In this document: piece after piece, positions 23,283 through 35,403 of the stretch
How the letters are laid out: each line of letters begins with the position of its first letter
Position numbering within the stretch: the stretch's first letter is position 1
Assembly: GCA_000934665.2 (NCBI GenBank)
Contig: KZ538183.1
Coordinates: 62,001-106,963, forward strand
Length of the DNA: 44,963 nucleotides
DNA from: Catajapyx aquilonaris
Lineage: Eukaryota
Direction of reading: 5' to 3'
Notes under the pieces: generated by a model
The model's input: the letters and a program-made list of their open reading frames with translations, nothing else
Database searches by the model: none
What the model was told of the DNA's origin: nothing
Position numbers and translations under genes: made by a program

Positions 23283-23609
23283 AAAATTGATAGCATAATG
23301 TAAGTTTAGTATACGGTAATGAAACCTGTCTGTAATGGAGTCTGGATGCAGTGGAACCCTGTCCATTACAAAAATTGTTTTTGTTCCAGACATAATTTTT
23401 AATGTAGTTCTGCCACATATAACATGCTCAGTTCAGAACATTTTTGAGGAGCTGAGCGAATCCATTATGGACAGGTTTCATTGTATACATGGCTCACCTG
23501 AAAATGACCCTAAATGCTAGTGCAACCATGTGTAAGCCATATGTCAGGCTAGAATAATGCTTTAATGTGTGCTGGGAGCAAATCTCATTATATCTTATTT
23601 CTGTTTCAG

Positions 23610-23631
23610 GACATCTTCATTCACCGCTTGA
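23610..23631 (+). CDS. SLC10A7: SLC10A7 putative alternative terminal exon (…QQPRTSSFTA*; 337-aa protein)
   Basis: Strong internal donor CAG|GTATGT at 23236/23237 and strong acceptor cttatttctgtttcAG at 23608-23609; stop at 23629-23631. Confidence 0.55.
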
Positions 23632-23687
23632 AGTCCAGCCATGAAACCATCTACACACAACAGCTGTTCAAGAGCTTCAGACTTTGT

Positions 23688-23918
23688 TGTACTATCAGCA
23701 CGAAAATGGTCTGGACACTTGGAGGTAGGCTGAGGGTCATGCTGGCCACCAATCGAGTGTGCTAAGGGAGGCTTGTGAAAGTCTTGAGATTTCTTACATT
23801 TTGATAAAAGCAATAAATCGCCGACTTGCACCAGTGTCACCTAGGACACTCGATTGGTGGACAGCATGACCCTCAGCCTACCCCCAAGTGTCCGGACCAT
23901 TTCCGTGCCTGTAGTACA
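23688..23918. mobile_element. Palindromic MITE downstream of the SLC10A7 stop codons
   Basis: About 78-bp imperfect inverted arms; shorter relative at 43922-44035. Confidence 0.8.
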
Positions 23919-24806
23919 TAAAAACACATGTGGTACTTACAGCGGTAACTCCGAACTGAAATCATTCCAGAAGGCTGTTAGAACTCGGAATAGTTTTAAG
24001 TCTGAATCAATTTTTCCCATAAAAAATTATGGGAAGTGAATTAATCTGTTCCCAGACCATACCCATTTGATCAATTTAAACAGCAAATACACATAATTTA
24101 AGGTAAAAATAACACAAATTCCCTACATAATAAATTAACACATGAAAACTATAATTAAATTATGTAAATTATGTAAATAAAGCGAAAAAAGCACTGAAAA
24201 CATTCAGGGGTAACGCAAGAGATGCTTTCACAGCAAGAGTGAGAGATGACATGGGCGTACAACAGATGGTGTTTATGCAGAGAGTGCAGTTTTTCACTGT
24301 GCGTACCCTTGGAACTTAGAAGTATCGTTTGATCTCTGGATCAAATTTCTCTTGAATTTGGCATTCAAGGGTATAGGGTTGTTCAAAGTATGAGTTTCCA
24401 CTGTGTATCATTTTTTGACATTACCAGTATTTCTTTCATTTTCAACAAATTTAGCCCACCTGACATGAAGCATTCAAATTCACCTGAAAGGAAGGGCTTC
24501 GTTATTAGTAAGTTGGTCCTCAAAAATCAGAAAATGAAATCACAGGTTCCACATGCACATATGTTGTCAGTTTCAGTGATAAGTGTAACAAAAATGTAAA
24601 ATTTAAAATCTGAGATTATTCTTTTTTAAACTTGTAAACTGGCAACATAATTGGAATCTGTGTTTTTTACATATTTTTGGGGCTCCAATTTGCTGAAGGG
24701 CTCAGTTGAGTTAAAAAATATTAACAGAATTCAAATATGCCATCAGTTTGATCACACTGATCGGCATTTTTTGACTTTTTTCTGTTGTTATGAAATAAAC
24801 AGGTGT

Positions 24807-25759
24807 ATCCGAACGGATTTTCTCTGCAGATTACGAAAATTACATTGAAAATCTACTACTACGTCCAGTTTTTGAGTTACAGGGTGTGTCATAAATTCAC
24901 GTGGGTATGTCCACATGTCCAGCGCGTGACGTGGATGGATTTTACCTACAGCAACGTCCTTACACCACATTGTTGTGACACTCATCCTTGTTACGACCAC
25001 CAAGTTTCATTCTGATTGCATCATTCCACTGGGAGTTATGCACCTCAGAAGGTGTAAAAGTGTGGGTCGGAGGTGCATATCGGTGAACTTGCGGGCACCA
25101 AATAAAATCATAATTACGCAATTAATCAAGAAAACATTGATTGTAATATTGTATGAAGAGTAGGTGGCGATGTTCTGTCATACTCCATCATCAAATAAAG
25201 TGCACGACATTTCAAGATGTATAAGGAGTGTTTGGGAGAGACCCCCCCCCACCCATGCACAAAAGGCAATTTATTGGGAAGGTGCAAGCCGCAAAGTATG
25301 CAACACTACACATTTTGTGGATGGGTGGGGGTCTCTTCCAAACACCCCTGATCCATCTTGAATTGTCATGCACTTTATTTGATGATGGCGTATGATAGAG
25401 AATCGCCACCTACTCTTCGTACAATATCACAATTAATGTTTTCTTGATTAATTACATAATTATGATTTTATTTGCAAGTTCACTGATATGCACCTCTGAC
25501 CCACACTTTTACACCTTATGAGGTGCATAACTCCCAGTGGAATGATGCAATCGGAATGAAACTTGGTGGTCGTAACAAGGACGAGTGTCACAACAATGTG
25601 GTGTAAGGACGTTGCTGTAGGTCAATTCCATCCACGTCACGCACTGGACATGTGGACATACCCACATGGATTTATGACACACCCTGTAACTCGAAAACTG
25701 GACGTAATAGGAGATTTTCAATGTCATTTTCGTAATCTGCAGAGAAAATCCGTTCAGAT
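24807..25759. repeat. ~950-bp foldback palindrome
   Basis: About 450-bp inverted arms with scattered mismatches around a ~55-nt spacer; produces mirrored ORFs in the track. Confidence 0.92.
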
Positions 25760-25991
25760 GGGCATTTCCATTTCAAAACAACAAAACTTTGCGTATTAGT
25801 GTAATAATTTGATGTGTACTTGCCACCATGGGGATTGCAGAAGCATGCAAAAAGGCATTTTTGATTTGAAATTCTATGTTTATGTCGTGTTTGTCACTGA
25901 AATTGAGAGCATGTTTGGGATCTGATGTGATTTTGGGAGCCAACCTTGCCAACCTTCCTTTAGCCACTTCCACACAGCAAGCCAACTTTAA

Positions 25992-26462
25992 CCCTTAACT
26001 ACGTAGGTGGGCGAAACACCTTGAACTACGTAGGTGGAGCCTGAGAGGCTCCAACGGTATATTTAAATTTCTGCTTATCAACTATATTGTTATATTGGAC
26101 TTTTCACATACAGAAAGTGCAGTTCAGATCATTAGGCTTCAGATAACGTAAAAATCACACGCTGAGTCAGCATATTCTGACAGGGAAAAATTCTTAATTA
26201 AAAGGTTACATTATGCTTGAGCCGCTCAGGCTTCACCTACGAGATATAGAGCCTGATCGGTTCCAGGAGGGACCTGTTCCTCGTTACGAATTTTTTTAAA
26301 CCAAACAATGGGGACTAAAAAAATTTTTCTTTCCTTTTCATGCTTAGGAAGATTTTTCTGACAAAGTCACGGAAGGACAGGGGAAAATAAAATTCAATGA
26401 AAAAGTTACATGCGTTTAAATAGTGCTTGGAGCCTCTCAGGCTCCACCTACGTAGTTAAGGA
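25992..26462. mobile_element. piggyBac-like MITE
   Basis: TTAA|CCCTTAACTACGTAGGTGG…CCACCTACGTAGTTAAGGA|TTAA plus internal GGAGCCTGAGAGGCTCC repeats. Confidence 0.85.
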
Positions 26463-26804
26463 TTAAGGCTCTGAAAGTCTTCCGCATGTTCGTAGGCAAG
26501 CTGATTTACTGGCTATCTTGAGCTTTGACGTGAAACCCAATTTGTCCACGCCCGCTTCTTCTTCAGCAGCGAAGACCAACTCCTTATTCCCAGGTCTCCC
26601 CTGGAGGACAGGAAATTCCAGGTACCTCACAATACTCATGATTGTCAGGTGCAGATAATCATATGTTACATTCTACTACAACGACACATATTAGAGAACA
26701 AACTCCTGTCAATCTAACAATCCACTACTATGTGCTTAATTTATCTCAGCAAAGGACATCAGATAATATAAAAATGTCAGCCTGATTGTATCAACTGAAA
26801 TTAA

Positions 26805-27293
26805 GGCGGCGCAGTAACAAAAATATGGTACGTGCATTTCATAGGGAACTTCATTTTTTTGTTGCAAAACTCATTGTTAATCTGGGAAAACACGAACTAG
26901 GTGCCATGCGCAAAGGTTTGGCCTTTACAATGATACCATACTCGACATGATTGCATTGAAATTGTGGACACACGGGCGCAGAAGCGTGACGATTTTCACA
27001 CGATTCCATCTGCCAGTGTTAAGCAAATGGACTTTTCGGAGACGCCATTTTCCGCGAACTTCAACTTTCTGTAAAGTTCACTTATAGACCGAAAATTGAA
27101 AAAAGACAAACTGCACCTGATCATGTGCAATTTTTTGGTGCAATTTCTGTGTCGATTGAACCATTTTTGCGGCCTTCCGGCCACAGAAATGTAGACGTGT
27201 CGAATCCCCACATGCTGCCTATGCATAAGCAAGTTTGCTTGGGTCATCGCCAAGGGCTCCGCATTGTTACCGTATTTTTGGTACTGCACCCCC
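26805..27293. mobile_element. Kolobok-like MITE
   Basis: TTAA on both sides with GG termini; imperfect 26-bp TIR GGSGGYGCAGTAMCAAAAATAYGGTA. Confidence 0.7.
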
Positions 27294-28728
27294 TTAAGGA
27301 GAAAACCTCTGCTTATGTTAAGCAATACTGGCTCATTCAACACATGCTGCAATATATTAGATGGGATTGTTTGGAGTTGCACTAGTAGATGGTGTAGGTG
27401 TTGGGGTGTCAGGAGGTGGACCTGAGGGGGATGCTACGATGCTTCCAAGTTGTGTAAAGCAGTCTTGTGGCAGCCTCAGTTGAGGCTAGTCCAAATAAAC
27501 ATATTATCTGCCACTAGTGTGTTCTTGGACCATGACCATATCATTATGGCCCTGAGTGACTCTGTAGGGTTAGGAGGATAGCATAGGGAGGTCAGCCCCC
27601 ACAACATAATTGGAGATTTTCCAGCATTTTCCTTAATACAACTGACCCTAATCTTTTAGTGTATTATTTCTCTACTTATGAATCACCTGTTTCAAGCGTA
27701 TACCATACTTATTATGGCCAGAGTAAGTTTTAATAACTTGTCAGAAAACTTCTTATTTATTTGCACTTTTGAGCAAGCCTATAATCACCTGGAGACTGTA
27801 TCTGAATTTTTCTCCTAACATCATGGCCTTCGAGCTTCCAAATTCACATGGAAATCAACAGAGCTTAATTGTACAAAAAAATCACAAGTCTTGATGATTA
27901 ATGTCAAGCAACCCTATCCAGTATGGAATCAGGTCAAGTCAGATGAGTATGTCAATTATTTCACCATCACCTCCCAGGTATGCAAATTGGATGCATGTGC
28001 GACATTAGTTTCATATAAGGGGAGGTTCAGGGCAACGTCTGCACAAATGTCTTGATTTCTGTCAGATATAATTCAGCTCATGATTTCAGACAATGTCTAC
28101 AACAGGTCAGTAATTATTTTTCACATCATGTGTAACCATTGGGGTTGACCCCTATCCAAGGAAGGGATTCAGATTCCAGACAGAAAAGGAAGGAAAGGGT
28201 CTCCCACGATGCTAATCGGCAGAGGTGGAGAATTGTGTATCACAATGAGTCACACCTTTGCTGAATGTGTCTGCGTTACTGTATTTGTTCCTGGACTTAT
28301 GTCTGCAACTCTGCATGTACAGTTAACTGGTCCTTTTTCATTTGATTCACTCGGGTATATGTTTCAATGATCTGTGAGAGCAGACATAGGTGTGCTATAT
28401 ACATCTTTAGAACGTGATGAGTTCAGAATACATTCTAAAAACATTTTCCATGAAGAGACTTTCAAGATTTCCATGACTTATTGTCAAGTAATGAAATTCC
28501 AGATTTTTGGTGGTCCAACAGTTTAGAATCAGGGTTGCATGGTTAAAGTAGGTTATAGGCAGTCCTGGTATATGCCTCCCTGAGAGCATGTTGCTATTGT
28601 GTTTTAAAATTCCTTGTCCAATATTGATGTCTATCACTATACAGTTTGAATTCGTCGCTAGGGGGGTGCAGACCGCACCAGGTGACACCCAAGCGATTCT
28701 TAAAAAAATATTTCCTCATTTTATAATA

Positions 28729-29061
28729 CAGTGGAGCATCGATTATCCAAACAGAGTCTGCCAAGGGGGTGATCGAATAACCGATCATTTATGTAAACAA
28801 ATTGTACCGGTGTCATAGGAGCAATATGAAACTAAGAAACGGTGATATTAACCACAAAACTGTATTTTCTGTCACAGGGACGTTTTAAAAATACTGTACA
28901 TATACCTTACTGTCCTTACATGAAGTAGTCCTACAGTTTAGGGGGGAAAAAGGCAAATATCTTTTGCTTGAGAGCCGCGGCTCGTTTTTTTTGCCAACCC
29001 GAAAACGTTCGGTTAACCAATGGTTCGGTTGATCGGTGTTCGGCTAATCGATGCTCCACTG
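28729..29061. mobile_element. pogo/Tc1-like MITE
   Basis: TA|CAGTGGAGCATCGATTA…TAATCGATGCTCCACTG|TA. Confidence 0.88.
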
Positions 29062-29079
29062 TACTCATTATATCTTCTG

Positions 29080-29410
29080 CGGAGGGGAGGTGTGGTGGCC
29101 GAGATGGTAACGTCTCGGCTTGCTGAGTGAAAGGCCCCAGGTTCGATCCCCGTCTGGGGAAGTTCCTTTCACCTGCGTCAGGAGGGTCTCGGACCTGCAC
29201 CAAGGAGGTGTCTGGCAACCTAACCTCCTGGGGGAGTGCACATGACCCATTTAACGACATTGCACCTGCACCCCTGTCCCCTCCCCGAAAAATCCCTATC
29301 CTTACCCAAATTCCTTGATTCCTTGCACCGGAGTGGAAGTTAAAAGAAAAATTGGAAAATAAAATAAAGGTTCATGCGATATACCCCGTAAGGGGTGAAA
29401 GCATTACCCA
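29080..29410 (+). mobile_element. SINE family B, copy 2 (variant tail)
   Basis: Body matches 7457-7856; TSD TCATTATATCTTCTG (29065-29079/29689-29703). Confidence 0.9.
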
Positions 29411-29424
29411 CAATTATCATTATA

Positions 29425-29682
29425 ATAATTAATACCCCATTATCAGCCATCGGCTCTTTAGGGGGGAAGTTTGTTTTGCCTGGAACTCTGCTTTTCATTT
29501 TACTGTGCTCTTTGGGGTAGGATAGGGATGGAAGGAAGCGGCTGTGGCCTATTAATTACAGAAGCAACTCCAGAATTTTCCTGGAAGGACCACGGTCAGA
29601 GTTGCCGGCCCCGGGATTCGAACCCAGGACCTCCCGACTAGCAGTCGGACGCCTTATCCACTATGCCAACCTGCTTCGGTAG
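29425..29682 (-). mobile_element. tRNA-derived SINE family C inserted at the 3' end of SINE B
   Basis: Cloverleaf-like head (29603-29674), core GGCCACAGCCGCTTCCTTCC, shared 3' module, 14-bp TSD CAATTATCATTATA. Confidence 0.85.
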
Positions 29683-30240
29683 CAATTATCATTATATCTT
29701 CTGTGTGGCCTGACCAGTCACCAGAAGAGCCATTGTAATGGTCATACGAGACGGCTAGGCACAACCTAGTCGTCGCTGGCTACCCCATTTATGGGATTAT
29801 GCCATGATGTTATATGTGTATTTTATATCACCTAATACGCTAATTGCACTTAACATTTAAACACAGGAAACTGCAGAATTCATTAATTTAAAGGTGTACA
29901 TTTTAAAATTTTGTTCCTTTCATCACAACTATTGCCATGGCATTCAATCATATTCATGAGAGCTTCATTAGGCCTATACAAAAAAAAATAACCAAGTATT
30001 CTGTACGGTTGGGCAAGGGAGAAGGTCCCGGCCCCTGTGCGAGGGGGGTGGAGAGAGGGGTGTGTGCGTGTGACACCAAGAGTTGCCGCACAGGGTGGCG
30101 GCGACAACACGAGCGACGCCGCTGCGACCCTGCGCATGTCAGGGCCTGACAAGCCATACACAAGTTGAATAAGATGCACATGACAGTGTATGCATCTACA
30201 TGGGTCATCCAGAAAGTAACTTATGTGTTCTTGTTATGGT

Positions 30241-30656
30241 TTGGTTTTTTTAACCCCATTGGAGGGAACGAAGCCCTTTTAGGGGGGTGGATTACCACCA
30301 CTTATTTCTCTCCGGTGCTGGGATCAGGATAGGGATTTGTGAGAAGGGGACACTGGTGCAAAATACCACCTTTTTTCATGTCAATTTTTCGGAAATTTTC
30401 TTCTAACACCATGCAGTGGAGATAGGGAAATGGGTAGGGGAATTGGGATTTTTGGGGAGGGGACACAGGTGCAAGTGCAATGACTGAAAAGGGGTCATGT
30501 GCAGTCGCCCAGGAGGCTAGGTTGCCAAGACGCCTCCTTAGGCACGGGTCAGAAACCCACTGACGCAGGCGGAAGGAACTCCCGGGCGGGGATCGAACCT
30601 GGGACCTTCCCCACAGCAAGCCGAGACGTTACCATCTCGGCCACCACGCCTCCCCC
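30241..30656 (-). mobile_element. SINE family B, diverged copy 3
   Basis: Same head and body as other B copies with more divergence and an internal extra segment. Confidence 0.85.
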
Positions 30657-31239
30657 GCGTTGTCTTAATGTTGGGGGTCAGGTTGCAAGACAACCCCCTT
30701 CCCCCTAGGTGCCCCTACCCCATATTCCGAAGTCCTTGGATGGATATTGAAGTAAAATGGAAACTTATTCTAAAATGATGGTAATCCCAAAGCTGGTTAT
30801 GATGGGGTAATTGAAATAGAAAAGAAATATAAATTGTCACGAACAAAAGAAAATTTCTGGTGGTGCTTTGTAGTTTCCCAATAAAAACACGAAAACTACT
30901 TTCCAGATGACCCTCATATGTAAGATTCGTGACATTGCATCATGGAACGCCAGTATCATGTAAACAATCTCTGAAGACTTGGACTGCACAGCCTTCACCC
31001 AAAGCCAACTTCACACCTTCACCCTGCTCTCACACAACAATAGGAGTAAATGTGGACGTAAACATTGTACTATTCATGGTTCTCTTATTTTTGATGTACA
31101 CTCCATTTACTCATATTGTTGTGTAAGGTCACTTCCACGGAAACAGGAAAAGTGGGAGGTTCCTGGGGTGCTTTCCATAGATTTCCATTTACAAGAAGTC
31201 GGGGAACTAGAAGATTGGGGTACTAGAGGGGTGGGGGGT

Positions 31240-31418
31240 NNNNNNNNNNNNNNNNNNNNNNNNNNNNNNNNNNNNNNNNNNNNNNNNNNNNNNNNNNNNN
31301 NNNNNNNNNNNNNNNNNNNNNNNNNNNNNNNNNNNNNNNNNNNNNNNNNNNNNNNNNNNNNNNNNNNNNNNNNNNNNNNNNNNNNNNNNNNNNNNNNNNN
31401 NNNNNNNNNNNNNNNNNN
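31240..31418. other. Assembly gap (N run), followed by (GAT)n/(GGT)n microsatellite to ~31492
   Basis: Run of N; a second short N run lies at 33611-33616 inside a C homopolymer. Confidence 1.
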
Positions 31419-32859
31419 TGATGATGATGATGGTGGTGGTGGTGGTGGTGGTGGTGGTGGTGCTGATGATGATGATGATGATGATGATGATGTTGAAGTC
31501 GGAAAACAAAATGATGTAAGGGAAAAGTAACAGCAGCCGGCCTATAAGTACAGTACCGCTCATAAAGAATGGTAAGACTCTATAGACAAAATTATTATTC
31601 TGTTCTCAACCCCTGGGTCACTAGCATATTCTTAGGGGTCAAGAAAGGCTGGGAAAAGGTAATTAAAATAAGGAAAAAAAGAGAAGAAAAACAAGGCAAA
31701 GTAAGAAAATTTAAGGGGGGAAATTCATCTCAAATCTATGTAAGCATTGTACTGTACCAGGTTGAACACTTGGGCAATAAAAAATTGCGGGAAAAGTCGG
31801 CAGGGGGTCATATGGGTCACCAGTGATCTCGGACAATTTGCCCATAGCGTCGCAACGAAATCAGGTTGGGAATAATGCTGGATAGTCGGAATAAACACGT
31901 TGTCCATAGAGTCGTACCATTCTTTATGAGCGGACTGTACAACATGAGTGTTGCACACAGTATCACAGCTAAAAATTAAGATGCTCTTTGGTTTCGCACA
32001 GCCCTCACTGGACTTTTTTTTTTTTTTTTTTTTCCTTCAAGAGGGGGTTATGGGCATGATTTTTTTTTTTGTTTTTTTTGCCCAGGTCCTTCTTTTGGAT
32101 GGGTTACTTTTTCCCCTTCCCATGTTATGCTTTTTTATTTTATTGGTACATTTTTTTTCCTCTTCGAGCTGTCAGCCATCTTTTCAATTTCTTTTCTTTG
32201 ATTTTTTTTTTTTTTTTGGGGCATGGCTCACTTTTTTTTTTTTTAATTCACATACATATGACTTCTTGGAATTTTCCTCTTTTTTTCTTTTCTCTTTTTT
32301 CTTCTTCCTTTTTTTAAATCCCATAACAATCGTGTACATTATTACAACGTTTACCAGAATTTTCCAAAAAAATTCGACATCTTTTTAAAATCCTGATTTC
32401 AGTAACTCACACTCCTTTGTACTTGAGTACGGTTTTACAAATATATGAAGACTGAATATATAGTTAAGATCCCCCACTCAATAAATCACACACAATCGAA
32501 TAAAACTCTCAGAATACTCCTGATTTTTAACTACTGAGTGACTACACCCAAAATTACCTTTGGGAGAGGATAAAAAATGTGTATCAACTCAAAATAACTG
32601 CTGCAATATGGGGAGGTCAAAAATAACTGAATAATCGCACTACTCAACTATGCTACAGGTGCCAAGAAAAAACGTTACAGTAAAAGTAATGCGGCCATAT
32701 CTATTTGTCCATATAGCCACGTTTCCTTAACAAGAAAAAAATGTCGAAAATTCCTCCGAATATACACTGTGTTGAAATCATGATTTTTCCCTTTCTTAAA
32801 TTTTACTTCAATACAACAACTTGCAGTTACATCATCTTGATGCTGAACAAGTAACATCA

Positions 32860-32964
32860 CTATCGCCTCCAGCTCCTGTCTTCTCCATCTTCCTCCTCCT
32901 CCTCCTCCTCCTCCTCTTCCTCCTCATCCTGAAGTTCCTCATCATTAATGTACCCATATGGAAT
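32860..32964 (-). CDS. RBM26: RBM26/27 terminal exon (IPYGYINDEELQD-E12-DGEDRSWRR*)
   Basis: ttcccttccAG acceptor in phase 0; acidic tract ending in the family-typical RSWRR-stop. Confidence 0.92.
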   Translation of the reverse strand: MPYGYINDEELQDEEEEEEEEEEEEDGEDRSWRR

Positions 32965-33869
32965 CTGGAAGGGAATAATATCCATGTAGATTGAATAAAA
33001 GTTAGTTCACATTGGTATGGCTGGATATGTTGCAAATCACTCGCTTGTCAGCTGGAAACTGGCCTTGAGGAAGACCAAGCTTGCAACCTGTTAACATGAA
33101 TAGGATTTAATACTGTATAATCTGGATATAACAGCCTTGGCTATAACAGACTTTCGGTTATGACAAACTCGAAAGGCCAGTCTCGGCATACTTCCATAAT
33201 GCCTTGTGTATTTTTACTCCTGATATAAACTTTCACATCATGTCAGCTATAATAGACAATTTTTTGGCCCCTCGGTGGAAAATATGGTGGTTTTGATCAC
33301 TCAGCTTCGTTTCCCGCAAGCAGGAAGGTAGCTAGAGTACTGGAGTGTGGGTGATTTTCCCACTTGTCACTGATCTAACACTTGCAGAAAAGGTCCAAAT
33401 CATACTTTTCTGCTATATTTGGCAACAAGACGACGCGACGGCAGACGAAATTACGGATTTTTTGGGGGTCCTGCCTAAAGCCCGGTATCCACGCAATCTT
33501 AATAGGGGTCTTAATAGGCCCTTCTACCCTTGCTGCACATGTTTCTATTTTCAAAAACGAACCTTGTGGTACCATATAAAAACATAAAATCCATATCTTT
33601 ACCCCCCCCCNNNNNNCCCCCCCCCCATATGATTTAGATTTTGAAATTAGTTTCCTGAAATGATTACCACAATAAGGATCAAAAACCCTGAATTCTGCCA
33701 AGTACAAGCAACCACGCATTTGGAACATGTTTGATTTACTCTGGCAGCCATGACAGTAGAGGGGAAAACAAAGAGTTTTTCAGCTTCAGGTTGATGGGAC
33801 TAGCAGCATTGGGTTAAGCGGCCTACTTTCTCCACATAATTGGTATAGGTAGTGTCTGGGGCAGCCCCT

Positions 33870-34525
33870 GGACACTACCCCTACAATCTTATCTTATCCC
33901 CTGAAAGGACGTTTTGCATGAGGTGCTCACTTGAGAGACCCATGAGACCGCTTTTCATTGCTCCATTATGTGGCGACCCTACCGGACTACGCTGAACTTT
34001 ATAGGTACAAAAGGGAAGCGCTACATGGGGGACCCATCATGGTTGCCAGCGGCCATGTTGGGCCTGCATGTATAGGGCTCGGCGCTCTAACCTGAGAAGA
34101 GGGAGGGACCCCAGACCCCCACCACCACGACCTCCTACCTCAGCCCATAAGGAAAACACGGTTTGGTGAGAAAGGGGGGAAAGGGGATGGGGGGAAGGCG
34201 GGGAAGCCTAGAGCAGGAGTGCCAGCAGGGGCCCCGGATTAACATCCTTTGAGTTCGACCCCTTAAGCCTTAAGCTGTGTTGGCACCATTTAAAACCTTC
34301 CAAATCTAGCTTCGTCATTGGCTGGGAGTGAGGGGTGGGGGATTCTCAACTTAACTCGCCGGCTACTATAGCGGCTTCTCTTCTACCTTAGTGCAGCGGA
34401 GTCCGGTAGGGTTGCCACATAATGGAGCAGTGAAAAGCGGTCTCATGGCGCTCTCAAGTGAGCACCTCATTGCAAAATGCCCCGGCAGGTCATAAGAGGG
34501 AGTGTCCAGACCTTAGTATTCTAAG
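33870..34525. mobile_element. Foldback-type repeat, second copy
   Basis: Inverted arms of about 100 bp (TTTTGCATGAGGTGCTCACTTGAGAG…GACCCTACCGGACT and complement); matches 7329-7963. Confidence 0.75.
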
Positions 34526-34609
34526 CGTCAGGGGCCTGATCTAGGCAGTGTGTGGCATGACAGATATAGCCACCTCTAAGCAGCTACTTGGGGGTCAGAA
34601 AAAACATAG

Positions 34610-35403
34610 TCGGCCCCAGATCGGCCCGAACCACACAGTTTTTGGCTTACGCGTACTCCGAAGATACGGACAAGATATTTTGCAAATAATAACAGCTATA
34701 CTTACGAGATCTGGGAAAACCCTATGAATGTGTCTGGAACCATTTTACTCGTCTAGAAGTCCCTAAATTAATTTCCAAAAAGGGGCTATAGTAACTCGAA
34801 ATTGGACTACTGCCGCCCAACTTTTAGGCTGATTTGATTATGAAATGTGTGAAAATATGCGGAATAACAACCATGAGAACCATGCCAGACGAATTTGCTG
34901 AAATCGTCGTACTTTGCGAGAAATAAATTAATATTTATTTGCGGCTTTCTAGCACTTAGGAAAACTCCTAAATGAGTATGAGATGAATTTTCTGAAATCG
35001 TCGTACTTCATGAGAAACAAGTAAATTTGGGAGTTTTCCGAAGTTTTCCAAAATGCCAGAAAGCCGCAAACAAGTATCAATTTATTTCTCGCAAAGTACG
35101 ACGATTTCAGCAAATTCGTCTGGCATGGTTCTCAAGGTTGTTATTCCGCATATTTTCACGCATTTCATAATTAAATCAGCCTAAAAGTTGGGCGGCAGTA
35201 GTCCAATTTCGAGTTATTATAGCCCTTTTTTGAAAATTAATTTAGGGACTTCTAGACGAGTAAAATGGTTCCAGACACATTCATAGGGTTTTCCCAGATC
35301 TCGTAAGTATAGCTGTTATTATTTGCAAAATATCTTGTCCGTATCTTCGGAGTACGCGTAAGCCAAAAACTGTGTGGTTCGGGCCGATCTGGGGCCGAAG
35401 GGG
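34610..35403. mobile_element. Near-perfect ~790-bp palindrome with one piggyBac-like end
   Basis: About 345-bp arms with few mismatches; the right end reads GGCCGAAGGGG|TTAA while the left end lacks the matching TTAACCCCT. Confidence 0.85.

Noticed and set aside
24788..25799. Mirror-image ORF pairs
   Set aside because: A consequence of the palindrome; no recognisable protein.
27830..28330. Possible decayed RT fragment on the minus strand (FAYLG-like), and a GVxxGS..GP-like remnant near 39190-39230
   Set aside because: The motif resemblance is too fragmentary to support without a translated search.
29603..29674. tRNA-Ser(GCT)-like cloverleaf on the minus strand
   Set aside because: It lacks the long variable arm of Ser tRNAs, has an acceptor-stem mismatch, and continues into a SINE body, tail and TSD.
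30979..31563. ORFs spanning the N gap with poly-G/D tracts
   Set aside because: Artefact of the gap plus (GAT)/(GGT) microsatellite.
31948..32388. Phe-rich hydrophobic ORFs
   Set aside because: They derive from poly-T runs antisense to the RBM26 3' region; the homopolymer-inflated look suggests low-quality sequence.
33037..33087. Alternative RBM26 terminal acceptor (ttaacAG) giving VASLVFLKASFQLTSE*
   Set aside because: Weak pyrimidine tract, and it loses the conserved RSWRR end found via 32964.
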